The position numbers were made by a program, and so were the translations under genes. DNA of 64,000 nucleotides, taken from Camelus ferus (lineage: Eukaryota). The notes under the pieces were generated by a model that saw nothing but the letters and a program-made list of their open reading frames with translations, did not search any database and had not been told where the DNA came from. The stretch lies in the NCBI RefSeq assembly GCF_009834535.1, contig NC_045696.1, forward strand, positions 63,304,001 to 63,368,000. The letters are read 5' to 3'. Shown piece by piece: positions 23,002 through 35,384 of the stretch (positions are counted from its first letter, which is position 1; every line of letters begins with the position of its first letter).

Positions 23002-24756
23002 ATGCCACTGAAACATTATCTCCTTTTGCTGGTGGGCTGCCAAGCCTGGGCTGTGGGCCTCGCCTACTATGGCTGCCCGAGCGAGTGTACCTGCTCCAGG
23101 GCCTCCCAGGTGGAGTGCACAGGGGCACGCATCGTGGCGGTGCCCACCCCTCTGCCCTGGAACGCCATGAGCCTGCAGATCCTCAACACGCACATCACCG
23201 AACTCAGCGAGGCGCCGTTCCTCAACATCTCGGCCCTGATCGCCCTGAGGATTGAGAAGAATGAGCTGTCCCACATCATGCCTGGGGCCTTCCGCAACCT
23301 GGGCTCGCTGCGCTACCTCAGCCTCGCCAACAACAAGCTTCAGGTTCTGCCCATTGGCCTCTTCCAGGGCCTGGACAACCTTGAGTCGCTCCTTCTGTCC
23401 AGCAACCAGCTGGTGCAGATCCAGCCAGCCCACTTCTCCCAGTTCAGCAACCTCAAGGAACTGCAGCTCCATGGCAACCACCTGGAATACATCCCCGATG
23501 GGATCTTCGACCACTTGGTGGGCCTCACCAAGCTCAACCTGGGCAAGAATAGCCTCACTCATCTCTCGCCCAGGGTCTTCCAACACCTGGGCAACCTCCA
23601 GGTCCTCCGGCTGTATGAGAACAGGCTCTCGGACATTCCCATGGGCACTTTTGATGCACTTGGCAACCTCCAGGAACTGGCCCTGCAGCAGAACCAGATC
23701 AGTGTGCTGTCCCCTGGCCTCTTCCACAGCAACCGGAACCTCCAGAAGCTCTACCTGTCCAACAACCACATCTCCCAGCTGCCCCCTGGCATCTTCATGC
23801 AGCTGCCCCAGCTCAACCGGCTCACGCTGTTTGGGAATTCCCTGAAGGAGCTCTCACCGGGCATCTTTGGACCCATGCACAACCTGCGTGAGCTGTGGCT
23901 CTACGACAACCACATCACTTCCCTCCCTGACAACGTCTTCAGCAGCCTCCACCAGTTGCAGGTCCTGATCCTCAGCCGCAACCAGATCAGCTACATCTCA
24001 CCGGATGCCTTCAATGGGCTGGTGGAGCTGCGGGAGCTGTCCCTCCACACCAATGCGCTGCAGGAGCTGGACGGGAGCGTCTTCCGCATGCTGGCCAACC
24101 TGCAGAACATCTCCCTACAGAACAACCGCCTCAGGCAGCTCCCAGGGAATATCTTCGCCAACGTCAATGGCCTCATGACCATCCAACTGCAGAACAACCA
24201 GCTGGAGAACCTTCCCTTGGGCATCTTTGATCACCTAGGGAAGCTGTGTGAGCTGCGGCTCTATGACAACCCCTGGAGGTGTGACTCAGACATCCTTCCG
24301 CTCCGCGATTGGCTCCTGCTTAACAAGGTCAGGTTGGGGACAGACACACTCCCGGTATGTTTCAGCCCAGCCAGTGTCCGAGGCCAGTCCCTCATCATCA
24401 TCAATGTCAATGTTGCTGTCCCCAGTGTTCATGGCCCAGTGGTCCCCCATGTGCCCAGCTACCCAGAGACACCCAGGTACCCGGACACCCCTAGCTACCC
24501 TGACACTACCTCCATCTCCTCCAGCACTGACTTCACCAGCATCACGGAGGACTACACCGATCTCACCACCATTGTGGCCACTGATGACCGTGGCACAGGG
24601 GGCATGACCCAGGCCCAGAGAGGGCTGGCCATTGCCGCCATTGTCATTGGCATCATTGCCCTGGCCTGCTCCCTGGCCGCCTGCATCTGCTGTTGTTGCT
24701 GCAAGAAGAGGAACCACGCGGTCCTGATGCAGATGAAAGCACCCAATGAGTGTTAG
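23002..24756 (+). CDS. LRRC15: Leucine-rich repeat-containing protein 15, type I membrane protein (584 aa), entire CDS in one exon
   Basis: Within ORF 22888-24756. The real start is GCCATG at 23002 (MPLKHYLLLLVGCQAW signal peptide), just after a pyrimidine tract and CAG acceptor. It has an LRRNT (CPSECTC), ~15 LRRs, an LRRCT (NPWRCDSDI...C), a P/S/T-rich stalk, a TM helix (LAIAAIVIGIIALACSLAA), a Cys cluster and the tail MQMKAPNEC, all matching LRRC15 as I recall it. Confidence 0.97.
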   Translation: MPLKHYLLLLVGCQAWAVGLAYYGCPSECTCSRASQVECTGARIVAVPTPLPWNAMSLQILNTHITELSEAPFLNISALIALRIEKNELSHIMPGAFRNLGSLRYLSLANNKLQVLPIGLFQGLDNLESLLLSSNQLVQIQPAHFSQFSNLKELQLHGNHLEYIPDGIFDHLVGLTKLNLGKNSLTHLSPRVFQHLGNLQVLRLYENRLSDIPMGTFDALGNLQELALQQNQISVLSPGLFHSNRNLQKLYLSNNHISQLPPGIFMQLPQLNRLTLFGNSLKELSPGIFGPMHNLRELWLYDNHITSLPDNVFSSLHQLQVLILSRNQISYISPDAFNGLVELRELSLHTNALQELDGSVFRMLANLQNISLQNNRLRQLPGNIFANVNGLMTIQLQNNQLENLPLGIFDHLGKLCELRLYDNPWRCDSDILPLRDWLLLNKVRLGTDTLPVCFSPASVRGQSLIIINVNVAVPSVHGPVVPHVPSYPETPRYPDTPSYPDTTSISSSTDFTSITEDYTDLTTIVATDDRGTGGMTQAQRGLAIAAIVIGIIALACSLAACICCCCCKKRNHAVLMQMKAPNEC

Positions 24757-25644
24757 AGAGGCAGGCTGGAGGCAGGGCTGGGGAATGGTGGGACCACCAG
24801 AGGATCCGGGATTTCATCATTCTGCCTCCATCCCTGGGCCTCCAGAGCCATCCCCTTGCTCCCTTGCTCTGGTCCCCTAGAGAAAGGTGCCTCCACCTTG
24901 TCCTGGCCTGCCTGGTTCTCCTGTAGAAGCCTTCTTACCACCAGGGAGGTCTAACATGTCCAAAACCCTGTGGGGTTCCCAACTCACATCCTTGGGTTTC
25001 TTTCAAGAAAGCCTCTCTTCTAAAGCCTCACCAGCTTTCCTCCAAGAACAACCTCTCCTGTGCCCGTGGCCCCACTGGCCTTTATACACACAATTATTAC
25101 ACGCTTGCCCACTTTGTGGGAAAAGTTCTCCACTGGGACAGCCTCTATCCCAAGTATTATGTAAGCTGATTTCCCTTCTTTGCTCCTCATCTTTGTGGCA
25201 TGGGCTCTCCACTGTCCCCTCAAATGAAAGATCTCCCTTCATTTCCTGCTCCTGAAGGCAAGGTGACTTCTCTCTTCAAAGAAGGCTTCAGACCATTCAG
25301 CTGATTTCTTAAGAACTGCCAAATGCCCTGGCTTTCAGGATGCTATGAAAGAGAGAAAAGAAAAATGAGGCTTTTCATTTCTTAGAGACAGAGCCATCAT
25401 CAGTGTCTCTCTTGTGATTTTTATCTGAAAAAGGAAGAAAGGCACCTGTGCAATAATTCCAGCCTCTTAGAGAAAGGTATTGCTTAGCTGCCAGCTTTGC
25501 TTTGAAAGTGTTAGTCCTTTAAGGAATAAAATCATGTCGAATTTCTGACCCCCTAAAAACATGAAAATCAGCTTATTGGTACTGGATGGGGAAGGCAACC
25601 TGGTACCTGGAGGTCCTTGTGTTCACCCCTAGGGTTTTCCCCTT

Positions 25645-25775
25645 TCAACTTTTTATGGAAGTGCAACATACATAACAGAAAAGTGGGAGCGTGATAGTGT
25701 GTAGTTTGATGGGTTTTCACAAACTACACAGCCATGTAATCAGCACCAGATCAAGAAACGAGGCATCACCAGGAT
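25645..25775 (-). mobile_element. Old L1 (L1MD/ME-like) 3' terminus inside the LRRC15 3' UTR
   Basis: tttttatggaagtgcaacatacat...agtttgatgggttttcacaaact...catgtaatcagcaccagatcaagaaac. Confidence 0.65.
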
Positions 25776-28623
25776 TCTCCATCCTGGCCTTTCACTGGAG
25801 AAGACTGGGGCTTGTGGAGGTGGCATGGACTTACCTGGGATCTGGCTCCCGACCTGGGATGGGCTCCTCACTGCCCAACCCCCACCCCCGCCAGCCCTTG
25901 CAAAGGCCCAGCTGCCAGGGGTGGAGGAGGAGACATAGGTATACTCTGACCTGGGCATGAGATTGTATTAAATCCCAGACCTTGAGGCACCGAGACTGGC
26001 CAGGTCAGAAGCATCTCAACTAGAGGAGCCCATGCAACCACACACCCTCCCCTGCCAACAAGCTGTGTGTTTCTCTTTGGAGGCACCTCTGCCTGTGCCT
26101 TTTATGGACATCATATGCCTATATCTGTTTTTAATTTTCACTCTCCACTTGGGGGACGTGAAATAGCTCAGAGATGAGATCCTTTAATTGGACGGCCAAG
26201 TGTAATGGAATCCAGCAATCCCTCTAATGTCGTGGTAAAATTCTCCATCTATGTTACGGTCAGCTAGAAACTGAACTTCAGCATTCTCAAACACAGCAGG
26301 CAACATCAGCGTACACAGACAGGTTACAGTGGGTCAAGGCCCTCTCTGGAGCTTCTCCCTGCCTGTGGTGTGGTTACAAGAGTTGAGCTGTTTGGTCCAG
26401 AGTTACTGTCACATGAACATCTGCCCTCGCCACCCTTCCCGCTACACACATATTCACATTAACAAAGACAGTACAGTCATGGCAATGCAGGTCTTCTTCT
26501 GGACAACTGGTCTACCAGCTTAGAGGTTAAAAAAAGTGAATTGGGGAGTTTCAGGTGTCTGTTTCTGCCCAGGAAAGAGCTGCAGCCAACACTGTAAGGA
26601 TTTGGAAATTCACCATCAATCCTGACTGGCCCTTGCTAGTTCCCTCTGCCCCATGAGACAAATAAGGAATCCTCTGGGGCCTTAGTAGCACGATGCTGAC
26701 AGGGTCCCAGTAAAAAGAGTCCAGGAATGGATGTGTGTAAGAACTAGTGCACTTTGTAACTTTTCACTCCCTGTCCCAGGGACTCGGGGAGAGATGGGGC
26801 CTATCAGAGGCAAAAGACAGCATATCCCAAAGGTAAATCTGGATCTCTAAAATGTATTCAAAATATTTACAGCAAGTGGTGGACATGTACCAAGGCTTTC
26901 CAGGGTCCAAAAGGAAGTGAGCCCAGAGCTTGGAGCATGGGCGTCGTTCCACTGATGGTGACCTGCTTTATTGAGCCTGAGGCCCAACAGGGAAGCCTGG
27001 CTTCTCTTCTGCAGACAGGAAGCATGGTTTGCCACTGCGTTCCTCAAGGTGCCCCTTGTGAGTAGGCTCCAGTGTCTCATTGTGCAAGGGTACATGTGGG
27101 CCGGAGATGGCAGAGAGGTGAGGAAGGCATCCCGTTCATCCAGTGTGCCCTGCCAATCTGAACCCAGACCTCTAGGTTTTGATGGCATTGGCCATGACCT
27201 GGGGCTATTTTCGTCTCTGGATATTAACTTGTGTCTTCAGGCCAAAGGCTGGCCTGAGGACAGCTGTCCTCAGATGACTCCCCCCAGGAGGACCTAGGTA
27301 GGGGTTGTGGACCCTTTACCTGACTTTCTGAGCTTGCCTGATCCTTTCTCCCATTGGAGTGTACTGGAGGGAGCCACCAGACCTCCTCTTCCCTGGCAGG
27401 CCTTTTGGTCTCTCTGAACCACGTCGCCTGCTCAGGGAGCTGCCAGAAAATGTGGATGGAGTTTCCTTTCCAACAGACAGTGCATTTGCTCACTTCTTAG
27501 GGCTAGAGTGAGCTGCTTGGTCCCCCAAAAGTTGAGTTCACTTTCCCCTTTGCTCACTGGCTTCTAGTTCACCTTGCCAGTATCAGCAGCCTCCATTTGG
27601 AGTGGAGGGTTGGTATTTGAGCAAAGACAATGAAAGCCAGTGAGAACCACTGTTTTTCAAAAATGTTGCTGTGCATAGCACTTAACAGTCTTTTTTACCC
27701 TCACAACACCACTGTGCATGAGCAGTGCCATTTTCCCCTCGTGAGGTCTAAAACCTCCTGTTTTTCCACAACGATTCAACAGGCTCTGGGTTTTCTTCTC
27801 TCTTTAAACTTTGTACAAGACCCCATGGCCTGTCCTGGGCTTTTGTCTTTAAACCAAAAGAAAATGGAAGTCACTGCCCTATTTCTCCCCCTAGTCTTGG
27901 CCATTGGAACCTCACTTGGTACTGTGTGGATTAAAAGCTTTGTAAATTACAAGAGAAAAATTAAACTCATCCATCCATTAAAGAAAAACTGGCTTCTCTC
28001 AAGGGAACTCTTGGGCTGTGTATATATTATTCCTCCTTGTTAGAATTTAAAGGCACAACATAGTTCTCAGAACTCTTCACGGGCAACAGACAAGCATTAC
28101 ACTCTTTCAGATTTAGGCAGAGCAGTTTCAGGAATCATTTCCAAATTCAGGAAGCTTACGGAAAGCAGGCAGCTAGAGAAACTAGATAATAGAGTTGGTA
28201 AACAGACATTGGATGTTGCCCAGCCTTTAGCTAGAAATCACTCAAAGGATTCAGCCCACAGACCCCACAAGCAGAACTGAATCTGGGTTGCAGGGGAGGC
28301 AGTGATGGCCTTGGGGAGGAGGCTGTCGCTGCAGGACAGAGAGGGTGGGCGGGTACTCCTCCTGGCCAAACTCCCCTGAGTCCGAGCTTTCTCCTTCCCC
28401 TAAGGAGAGATTGCTCTCACCAGCCATTGCCTTCATGCTGCCTTCAAACTTAGGTCATGTTTGCCTTGCTTAGAGAATCATTGCGATAGTCCCAGGTGCT
28501 TGGAAATGCGTTTAGAGATTTCTAGACCCCCGGGGTTTTATAGAGTGTAAGCCCTGGTGGGCAGGGCTCGGGGTCTGTCTTTGCTGGATGCTATTTGTAA
28601 CAAATTTGGTGTACAAAATCAAC

Positions 28624-28629
28624 AATAAA
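28624..28629 (+). terminator. LRRC15: Probable LRRC15 polyadenylation signal
   Basis: AATAAA with upstream TGTA elements (~28596, ~28611), CA dinucleotides shortly downstream and a GT-rich tract (tgtgtgtg) at ~28646. Confidence 0.7.
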
Positions 28630-29096
28630 TGGTATACACAGGCCATGTGTGTGCTCTCGGGGCGTCTTGGCTAGGGGATCTCACACCTGTCCTTTCTACT
28701 CTCATCACGGGTGCAAGGCTGACCCAGACAGATTGTGGGCTGGGAAAGGCCTTTGGAAAGTGAATGGGGACCAAAAATGAAATAACCAATGATATCTATG
28801 GGTCATGGTGGCCAGAAGGGGCCTTAATAGGTTCAACCCATTTTATAGATGAAGAAGGTAGGATCCCCACAGGAAGTGAAGTCCCCATCGTCGCCTAGTG
28901 AGCTAGGCTGAGCGTGCACTACAACCAGGCCTCCAGTTCCTGGGCTGGAGTTTCTTCTCCGTCACCAGAAAGGCATTGACGTTCACTCAGCGCCCGTTTA
29001 ATGTGCACATGCACACATATGCCCAGTGCCCAGCCAGCTGTGCACATCTGCAGTTTGATTTCACATAGGTATGTATGTCTCTCTCACACACACTCT

Positions 29097-29119
29097 CACA
29101 CACACACACACACACACAC
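29097..29119. repeat. (CA)n microsatellite
   Basis: Dinucleotide run preceded by CT/CA low complexity. Confidence 0.9.
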
Positions 29120-30108
29120 GTGCACTCTTGACTTGGTTCCGCAGCCCCTGGATGAACAGTTTCAGGGCTGGAAAATCACTACCTCCCAAAGCAAACTTTC
29201 ATCCTTGGATAATCCCAGTGGTGAAAGCGTGCCTCTCCACGTTGGGCCAAAATTCCCCTCCCTATCTCTTTTCCCCCTTTTAACTCAGAAGGGGTTTAGC
29301 AAGTTAAATAAGCATTAAATAGAGAAACAAACACAAGACAACAAACCCACAACCCCCTTGGAATTCCTCCTGGCATTGAGAGTCAGCGGGTAGGTGCCTG
29401 GGGCCGGCTGCCAGCTGAGGTCGGCCTTGCACAGGAGGGGATGTGAGTGTGGGCCCCTGACTCCAGTCCCCCTGACTCCGGAGCAGCCGCCTGGGAACTT
29501 TCTAGGGCCAGGTGGATGCCCTTGGGGTCCTAAAGGTGCCAAGCCCATACTCCTTAGCTGGATTTTGGCCCCAACGGGGATCTGTCCATGGGAAAGGTTC
29601 AGGGTCACTTCGTAATCTTCAGAGGCCTTGCCTCGGTTCTCTCCTGCTGTCCTGTGACCCTGGTGTTCCAGGAACACTCAGGCCACGTGAGGGGAGGAAC
29701 CACTGCCTAGAACTTTGACCAGCACCAGGGCTGCTGACCACTGACCATCCCAGAGGCCCTTCTATTCCCGAGGAAGAGCCAGGGCAGCCGGTCCCTGCCC
29801 CTCACGGTAGGTCTCTTGGGGTCACTGCAGGGCTCCGGGGTCTATGGGAGAGGGGAGGAATCTGGCCTGGGGTCCTTGCTCAGGAGCAGGAGATAGGCTG
29901 ACCACTCCTCCCAGGTTTCAGAGCATGTCCCCAGCTCCAGGCAGGCTGCACTTTCTGTGTCCCCCTGCCTGGGTGGGAGAAGCGCCGGAGATACTCAGCC
30001 AGGGTGGTGTTGGGCTGGGGCAGGAGGCAGGTCACAGTAGGGGGATTCTGAGATGAAGGGGACCTGGTCCCTGTGCTCAGAGAGCTCCTAGTGAATGGTG
30101 GGGATAAG

Positions 30109-30238
30109 TAGTGTGACCATATGTCTAGGTGTGCCTGGTTCCACCCTCATTTATGCTTGTCTTCGTGGAATAATTATCAGTAGTGCCCCTTTTATTCCCA
30201 GCAGGGTCCAGTTTGCATAATAGAGTATAGTCAGTCTA
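30109..30238 (-). mobile_element. MER94-like hAT DNA transposon
   Basis: Imperfect TIRs tagtgtgaccat and tagtcagtcta, with internal taattatcagtagtgcccctttt. Confidence 0.6.
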
Positions 30239-30564
30239 GAAATAAAGCATGTATGTGGCAACCTTTTATTATTAGAACATTTATTATTTGCCAGGCACTG
30301 TATTAAGTGCTTTATTAATTACCATCTAATTTAGCATCTTTATCATCCAGTTGAGTGCTAATTTTAACACTAAGGGATAGGGCTATAATCATGCATTGGG
30401 AAACTGAGGCTTGGCGAGCTGGAGTGGGCAGCCCTAGACCACACAGCTAGTAGGTAGTGGTGTCAGAATTTGTACCTAGGGCTCAACGCTGACAGAGCCC
30501 CAGTCCACAAAGCAGGACAAAGAGTAAGCTATAGCTAGCTATAGGCGCATGAGAGCCACAAGCA

Positions 30565-30830
30565 CATTTGTTCAATTCAACACCCAGGGCCCGAGCACCT
30601 TCTCTGTGAGCATCCCCAGGCCAGGTGCTGGGGTGCACAGCCAGGTAAGAGATGCTGCAGGTGGCAGGACTCCTCCCCCAGGGGCTCATGATCAGATGGT
30701 GCAATTGAGCAGAATGCAAAGCAGAAGGACCCACGTGTTCAATAGAAGACATGACACCTGTGGAATCCAAAGGAGGCGCAGTCACGGAAGGCTTCCCTGG
30801 GGAGGTGTGACTTGGGTTGGCCTGGAGGGC
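30565..30830 (-). mobile_element. L2 LINE remnant
   Basis: ttgttcaattcaaca...gagcacct...ccaggtgctgggg...gaaggcttccctggggaggtg pattern. Confidence 0.55.
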
Positions 30831-32679
30831 AGCAGGGTGGGGAGGGCTGGCTGGCAGGGGAGGGGCCAAGGCAGGAACCCAGCCCAGGTCCCACTGCCCC
30901 AGCCACTTGCCTTATCTCTCTGGGTTGAAAGGAAAGGGGACCAGGGTTCCAGGGACCTGATGGGACAGTCAGAGGCTCCGATGAGTCTTGGAAGCCCCTC
31001 TTCCTGTTCCCAGATGTACTGCAGCCCAAGCAGCTAAATCCAGGCCTGTTGGTGAGACAGACCCTGACGTGGACACCCTAAGTCAAGCAGCAGTCCCCAG
31101 GGGAGCGGGGGCAGGGCTGGGCTCCCACCATCCTCTGGAAGGAGTGAGGGCCGGCTCTGTGGTGGATGACAAGCTTGTTTGTGGCACACGCAGATATGTA
31201 CCCACCGGAAAGCAACCAGTCACGCCTCCCCACCCCATAAAAGCCAGGCTTCCTCAGCTTGCTGAAAGCACGGAACATTTCTGTGGGCATTTGCTGGTCT
31301 CTGCACACAGGCAGAAGTGGTTTCTCAGATGACAAGCAGGAATCTTCTGGCAGCCGCCCCACTGTCCCCTCTGGTGCCAGCCTCCATGGTACCGAGGCAG
31401 GGACAGTTCTTATCTCCAGAGCCCCTGGTGACCTGCTCTTAAGTGTGGCTTGGCGAAGGGGCCCGAGTATAGGGGCATCCTGGCCAGAGCCAGCGGAATC
31501 TGAGCCCCACTAAGCCAGGGACAAAACAATCACCCATTTCCCGTGGCTAAGGAAGAAAGAGCTGGAAAAAGTGCTGTGGAGAGGGATCTCGCTGGGCCAT
31601 AAATGAAGTGGTTGGGTGATCTCATCCGTTTTTCTTTAGCTGACTTCTGCGACTACTTCAGAACAGAGCTGGGGCTTCCCTGATCTGCTGCTGCTGAGCG
31701 CTCTCTGTGTGCCCCGCGCTGGCGGTGGAGCGCTCAGCACATTGTCTCATCCAGTCCCCAGAGCCACCCCACCAGGAGGGTAGTGCTGAAGCTTGCTGTT
31801 TTGAAGATGAGGCAGTTGAGGCACAGAGAATTTAAGTAATTCAGTCCAGCCCACACAGCTAATAAAGGAGAGACAAGATTTGAACTCAGACTGTCTGACT
31901 CCAGAACCCAAACTGTTAGCCATTCTAGAGCGATGTGAGAATGAGTCTTGGGCTGGGAATGGAGCGTTTGGAAATGATCAGTGTTCCCCACCTTCACTGT
32001 GAGGACCACTTGCTGCTTCCTCCCACCCCAGTGGACGGGGACAAGAGTCCTGCTCTGAATCTTAGAGGTCCTATTCTGGCCCTTCTCCCACCAGGACACC
32101 CCCAAGGGGTGAGAAGTTTGCAAGATCAAAGGGAGATGTTTGTCTGGAGGCTGTGTCCCCATTTTAAATCCTGCTTCTGGTACCTAGGTCCCAGGGCTTG
32201 TGTGGGTTGCCTCCCCACGTCCATCTTCCTTAGGCTGACCTGTCACAGAAGTGTGTGCCCTTAGGCTTGTGGGGTGCTGGGGGGCAGCTGTGGGTGGGGT
32301 CTCTACTCCCAGTATTGGAGAGAGTTAGGTGAGAGGGGAAGGGGACAGGCAGCAGGTGAGGTCCTTTGTAGGTGTTCACCTTGGGTCCTGCAAATGTGAG
32401 GATGGGTCTGCCTGTTCCAGAAGCCTCGTGTTGTCACTGCAAGCATCTTGCTGAGGACTCAGGCCATGGGGACCCATCCTGGCCCCACACGTCTTAGCTG
32501 TGTGCCCTCGGACCAGTCGCTGTAGCTCTGGGAGCCCCAGTGTTCCTGTTCTGGGAATTTCTGGATTTGCTCTGAGGATCAAGATGCAGGTGTGAGAGCT
32601 TTGGGAGCCAGCAGGTGGGCTTCACCTCCTTGCTTAGCCCCCCACATTAGAGAGGCCCCCCATCCCCAATGCCTGGGAC

Positions 32680-33150
32680 TAAGCTGATTTGTTTACACGA
32701 ATTTTCCATGCTGATGCAAGTCCTGAATTCTCAAGTTACTTCCTTTGTTGGAAAATTCTAAAGCACATTATTTCTGAGTGACAGTGGGTTAGAAGTCAGA
32801 GGCACAGCGGGGAGAGAGGACGCCTCCTAGGGCAGCTGGGCAGGTAGGCAAGGTCTCCCCCACGGGTCTTTTCCTTTCACCCGCGTCTCCAGCACCTGGC
32901 CTTGCTCTCCCAGTGAGGTTGGCCAGATGACCTCTAGGGCCCCCATGTCCATTCCCGTGGGATGTCATCTGGAAACTGCCTTTGAGAACCAAGGACCAGA
33001 GGGGTTAGCAGGAAGGGGACTGGGACATTGATGACATAATGACATGTTACAAGCAAGAATTGCTCCCTTCTTACTCTGTGGGGGAGAGGGGAAGGTTCAA
33101 GGCCACGCTCATGTTGGGCTGCGGTCATTCACTCCAGGCTGGATCCGTTC
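32680..33150 (+). promoter_or_regulatory. CPN2: Candidate hepatocyte-type CPN2 promoter
   Basis: Forkhead TGTTTAC 32690-32696, bZIP hybrid ATGACATAAT 33031-33040, DR1-like AGGTTC-A-AGGCCA 33093-33105 (HNF4/RXR type). CPN2 is a liver-made plasma protein. Confidence 0.5.
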
Positions 33151-33230
33151 CAGGGAAGGGTAGGTCTGTCTCTCAAGCTGCTCAGCCTGGCTGTGGACGG
33201 TTCAGTCCCATGAAGCCTAGCCGAGCTACG
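33150..33230 (+). other. CPN2: Candidate CPN2 exon 1 (start approximate); intron 33231-35381
   Basis: Strong donor ACG|GTGAGT at 33231-33236 downstream of liver-type motifs. Acceptor is a pyrimidine tract plus TAG at 35379-35381, 3 nt before the ATG. Confidence 0.6.
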
Positions 33231-34139
33231 GTGAGTCAACACTGCTGGATGCTGAGCGTACAGAGGACTACACTCATCTTCTCACAAAAAGGACAGTCTG
33301 AGAACCCATGATTCGGAGGACGAGGCTAAGGACTAAGATAAACATACCACCAGGTCCCTCGTTCCTGGGGTCAGAGAAGGCTTCTGTCAGGATCTGGGGG
33401 TTTTGTGGAAGGTCCTAGGGGCAGCCCAGGTGGCAGATGTGGGTGGGACCATGGCTACCTCATCCTTCTTCAGCCAGGGCCTCTGCTTCTGATCTGTTTT
33501 GTGTGCATACAATCTCAAATCTCATGCTAAGGCTGAACTCTGTAACACTGGTCTAAGGGTGGTAGGACCAGGAGGCTTGTCCCCTTCCCTCCTGTGTCCT
33601 GAGTGGCAGGCAGGTGCCGGCACTGTTAGAGACCTTCCCTACCACGGTGTAAAATCCACCTCCTGTGCCTTACCTGGGTGGCCATCAGAAAAGCCTCAAG
33701 GGAGGTATGCACTTTCTCAGGGAGAAACTGTTCCTTCTCTATTGTTTAGGTGGAAAAATTCCTGGGAAAACTGAGAGTTATTGAGTGAATGGGAAGAGGG
33801 TATAGGGGGCTTTTGTAAGCCGTGTTTGCATGTGAGCCCTTTGGCCACAAGCTGAACCTTGCGATGCAGGAGGCAGCCAGCAAAGGGGGCTTGGGGCCAG
33901 GATTTCCCAGCAGGGAGCCCGCTGTGAGTTCTTGCTGAGGACAGGTAAATTGAGAAAAACTACGATTATATTGCCTGAGAGTTTTCTCTTTCTTTCTGCC
34001 TTTCCTTTTTTCTGTCTACCTGTCTTCCTTTTTTCTTTAAAGCTAAACGTATTCTATCTAAAGGGCATTTTATTCTTCCTACTTTTTTCTTATTCCAATA
34101 AACTTTTCTGTAATGATGGTGGTTTGCAACATTTAACAA

Positions 34140-34350
34140 TAGTTAACATGGTTTATTAATTGCTCACACTGCGGCAGACACTGTTCTAAAACTTTTATCT
34201 ATATTTATTCATTTAATCCTCACAATTACCCTAACATGGTTAGCACTGTTATTATCCTCATTTTACAGATAAGGGAATTGAAGCATCTGCCCAAGGTCAC
34301 ATAGGTAGAATGTAATGGAGCTGGGATTCCAACTCATGGAACTTGACCAC
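34140..34350 (-). mobile_element. MIR SINE in the candidate CPN2 intron
   Basis: catttaatcctcacaa...attatcctcattttacagataaggg...tgcccaaggtcaca...gagctgggattc. Confidence 0.85.
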
Positions 34351-35384
34351 TACGAGACATGTAAATGGTGACGTGGGTGAGAGCGATAGTGACCTGGGGG
34401 TTGCAGATCCCTTACTGGGGCGATTAAACCCCCGTTGCTGTTGTCATGTGGGAATGTAAGCCCAACGCCCCTGAATCACCCTGAAATCTGGAAATGTTTA
34501 CTGTGATATGGCTCAGTTTCTACCTACTGGCTAATGGTTCACATATAAAACAGACTGAGTGGTAAACCAAACATGTGTGTAAGGGGCATCACCAATTTGT
34601 GACCTGTGAGTGGATGCTGGCGTTTAAGAAAAAAAAATTAATATTTGGTGAACTGAAAACCTGGTCTCCTTCACTCATTTAAAACAAAAGCCCCCAAACA
34701 AAAATCTACCAGTCTATGGAATCTCTGCATCTGGGACCCTCCTGTCCACATGATGCTGGAAAGTTCCGTGGGCTCCATGGTGGTTGGGGGAGGGGGCGGA
34801 GGGAGTAGGAGGGGGCAGGAGGGGAGCACATGGGCAGCAGTACTGAGGAGCAGGCAGACTCATTTCAAGACAAGAGCCCGTCTTGTCCCTGCAGCTGTGC
34901 TCACTCTTAGTGAAGCAAGAGCAGATGGTAAGATCTCCTCATAATTAGGCTCTTGAAATGTGCTGAGATTTGGAAACTTGGGAAGAGTTATGGTTTAAAA
35001 ATTTCCAACTTAGAAATAATCTGCCCATATTTTACAAATTATCTTAAAAATTCCACAGTATCCATGGTCTCCTTTTATACCTCTCTTCCATGCCTTTTGG
35101 TCTCATTTTCACCTATTTTTCCAATCTGGAAAGAACACAGGAAGTCCAGGAGACCAGGGGCTTGGTCCTGCCACTAACCAGCAGGGTGACTGTGGACAGG
35201 CCATGTGGCACCCTCACTGTCAGGAGGTCGGAACTCTGATCCTCACAGGCTGCTGTGAGATGGTATTAAAAACACAAACAGGCTCCCCATCTCCTGGCTC
35301 GCTGGCCAGTGTGCTGGTCACAGGACCACGCTGCTCTAGGTGAAGGTACTGCTTCTGTTTTCTCTTCCCACGTGGATCTAGGAG

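Larger units (their letters stand above)
24757..28645 (+). other. LRRC15: LRRC15 long 3' UTR (~3.9 kb, inferred)
   Basis: Runs from the stop codon to the best-supported poly(A) signal. The end is inferred from sequence signals, not transcripts. Confidence 0.65.

Noticed and set aside
22933..24746. Long antisense and shifted-frame ORFs over LRRC15 (278, 197, 143 aa)
   Set aside because: Expected shadow of a GC3-rich, Leu/Asn-biased CDS. No domain-like features.
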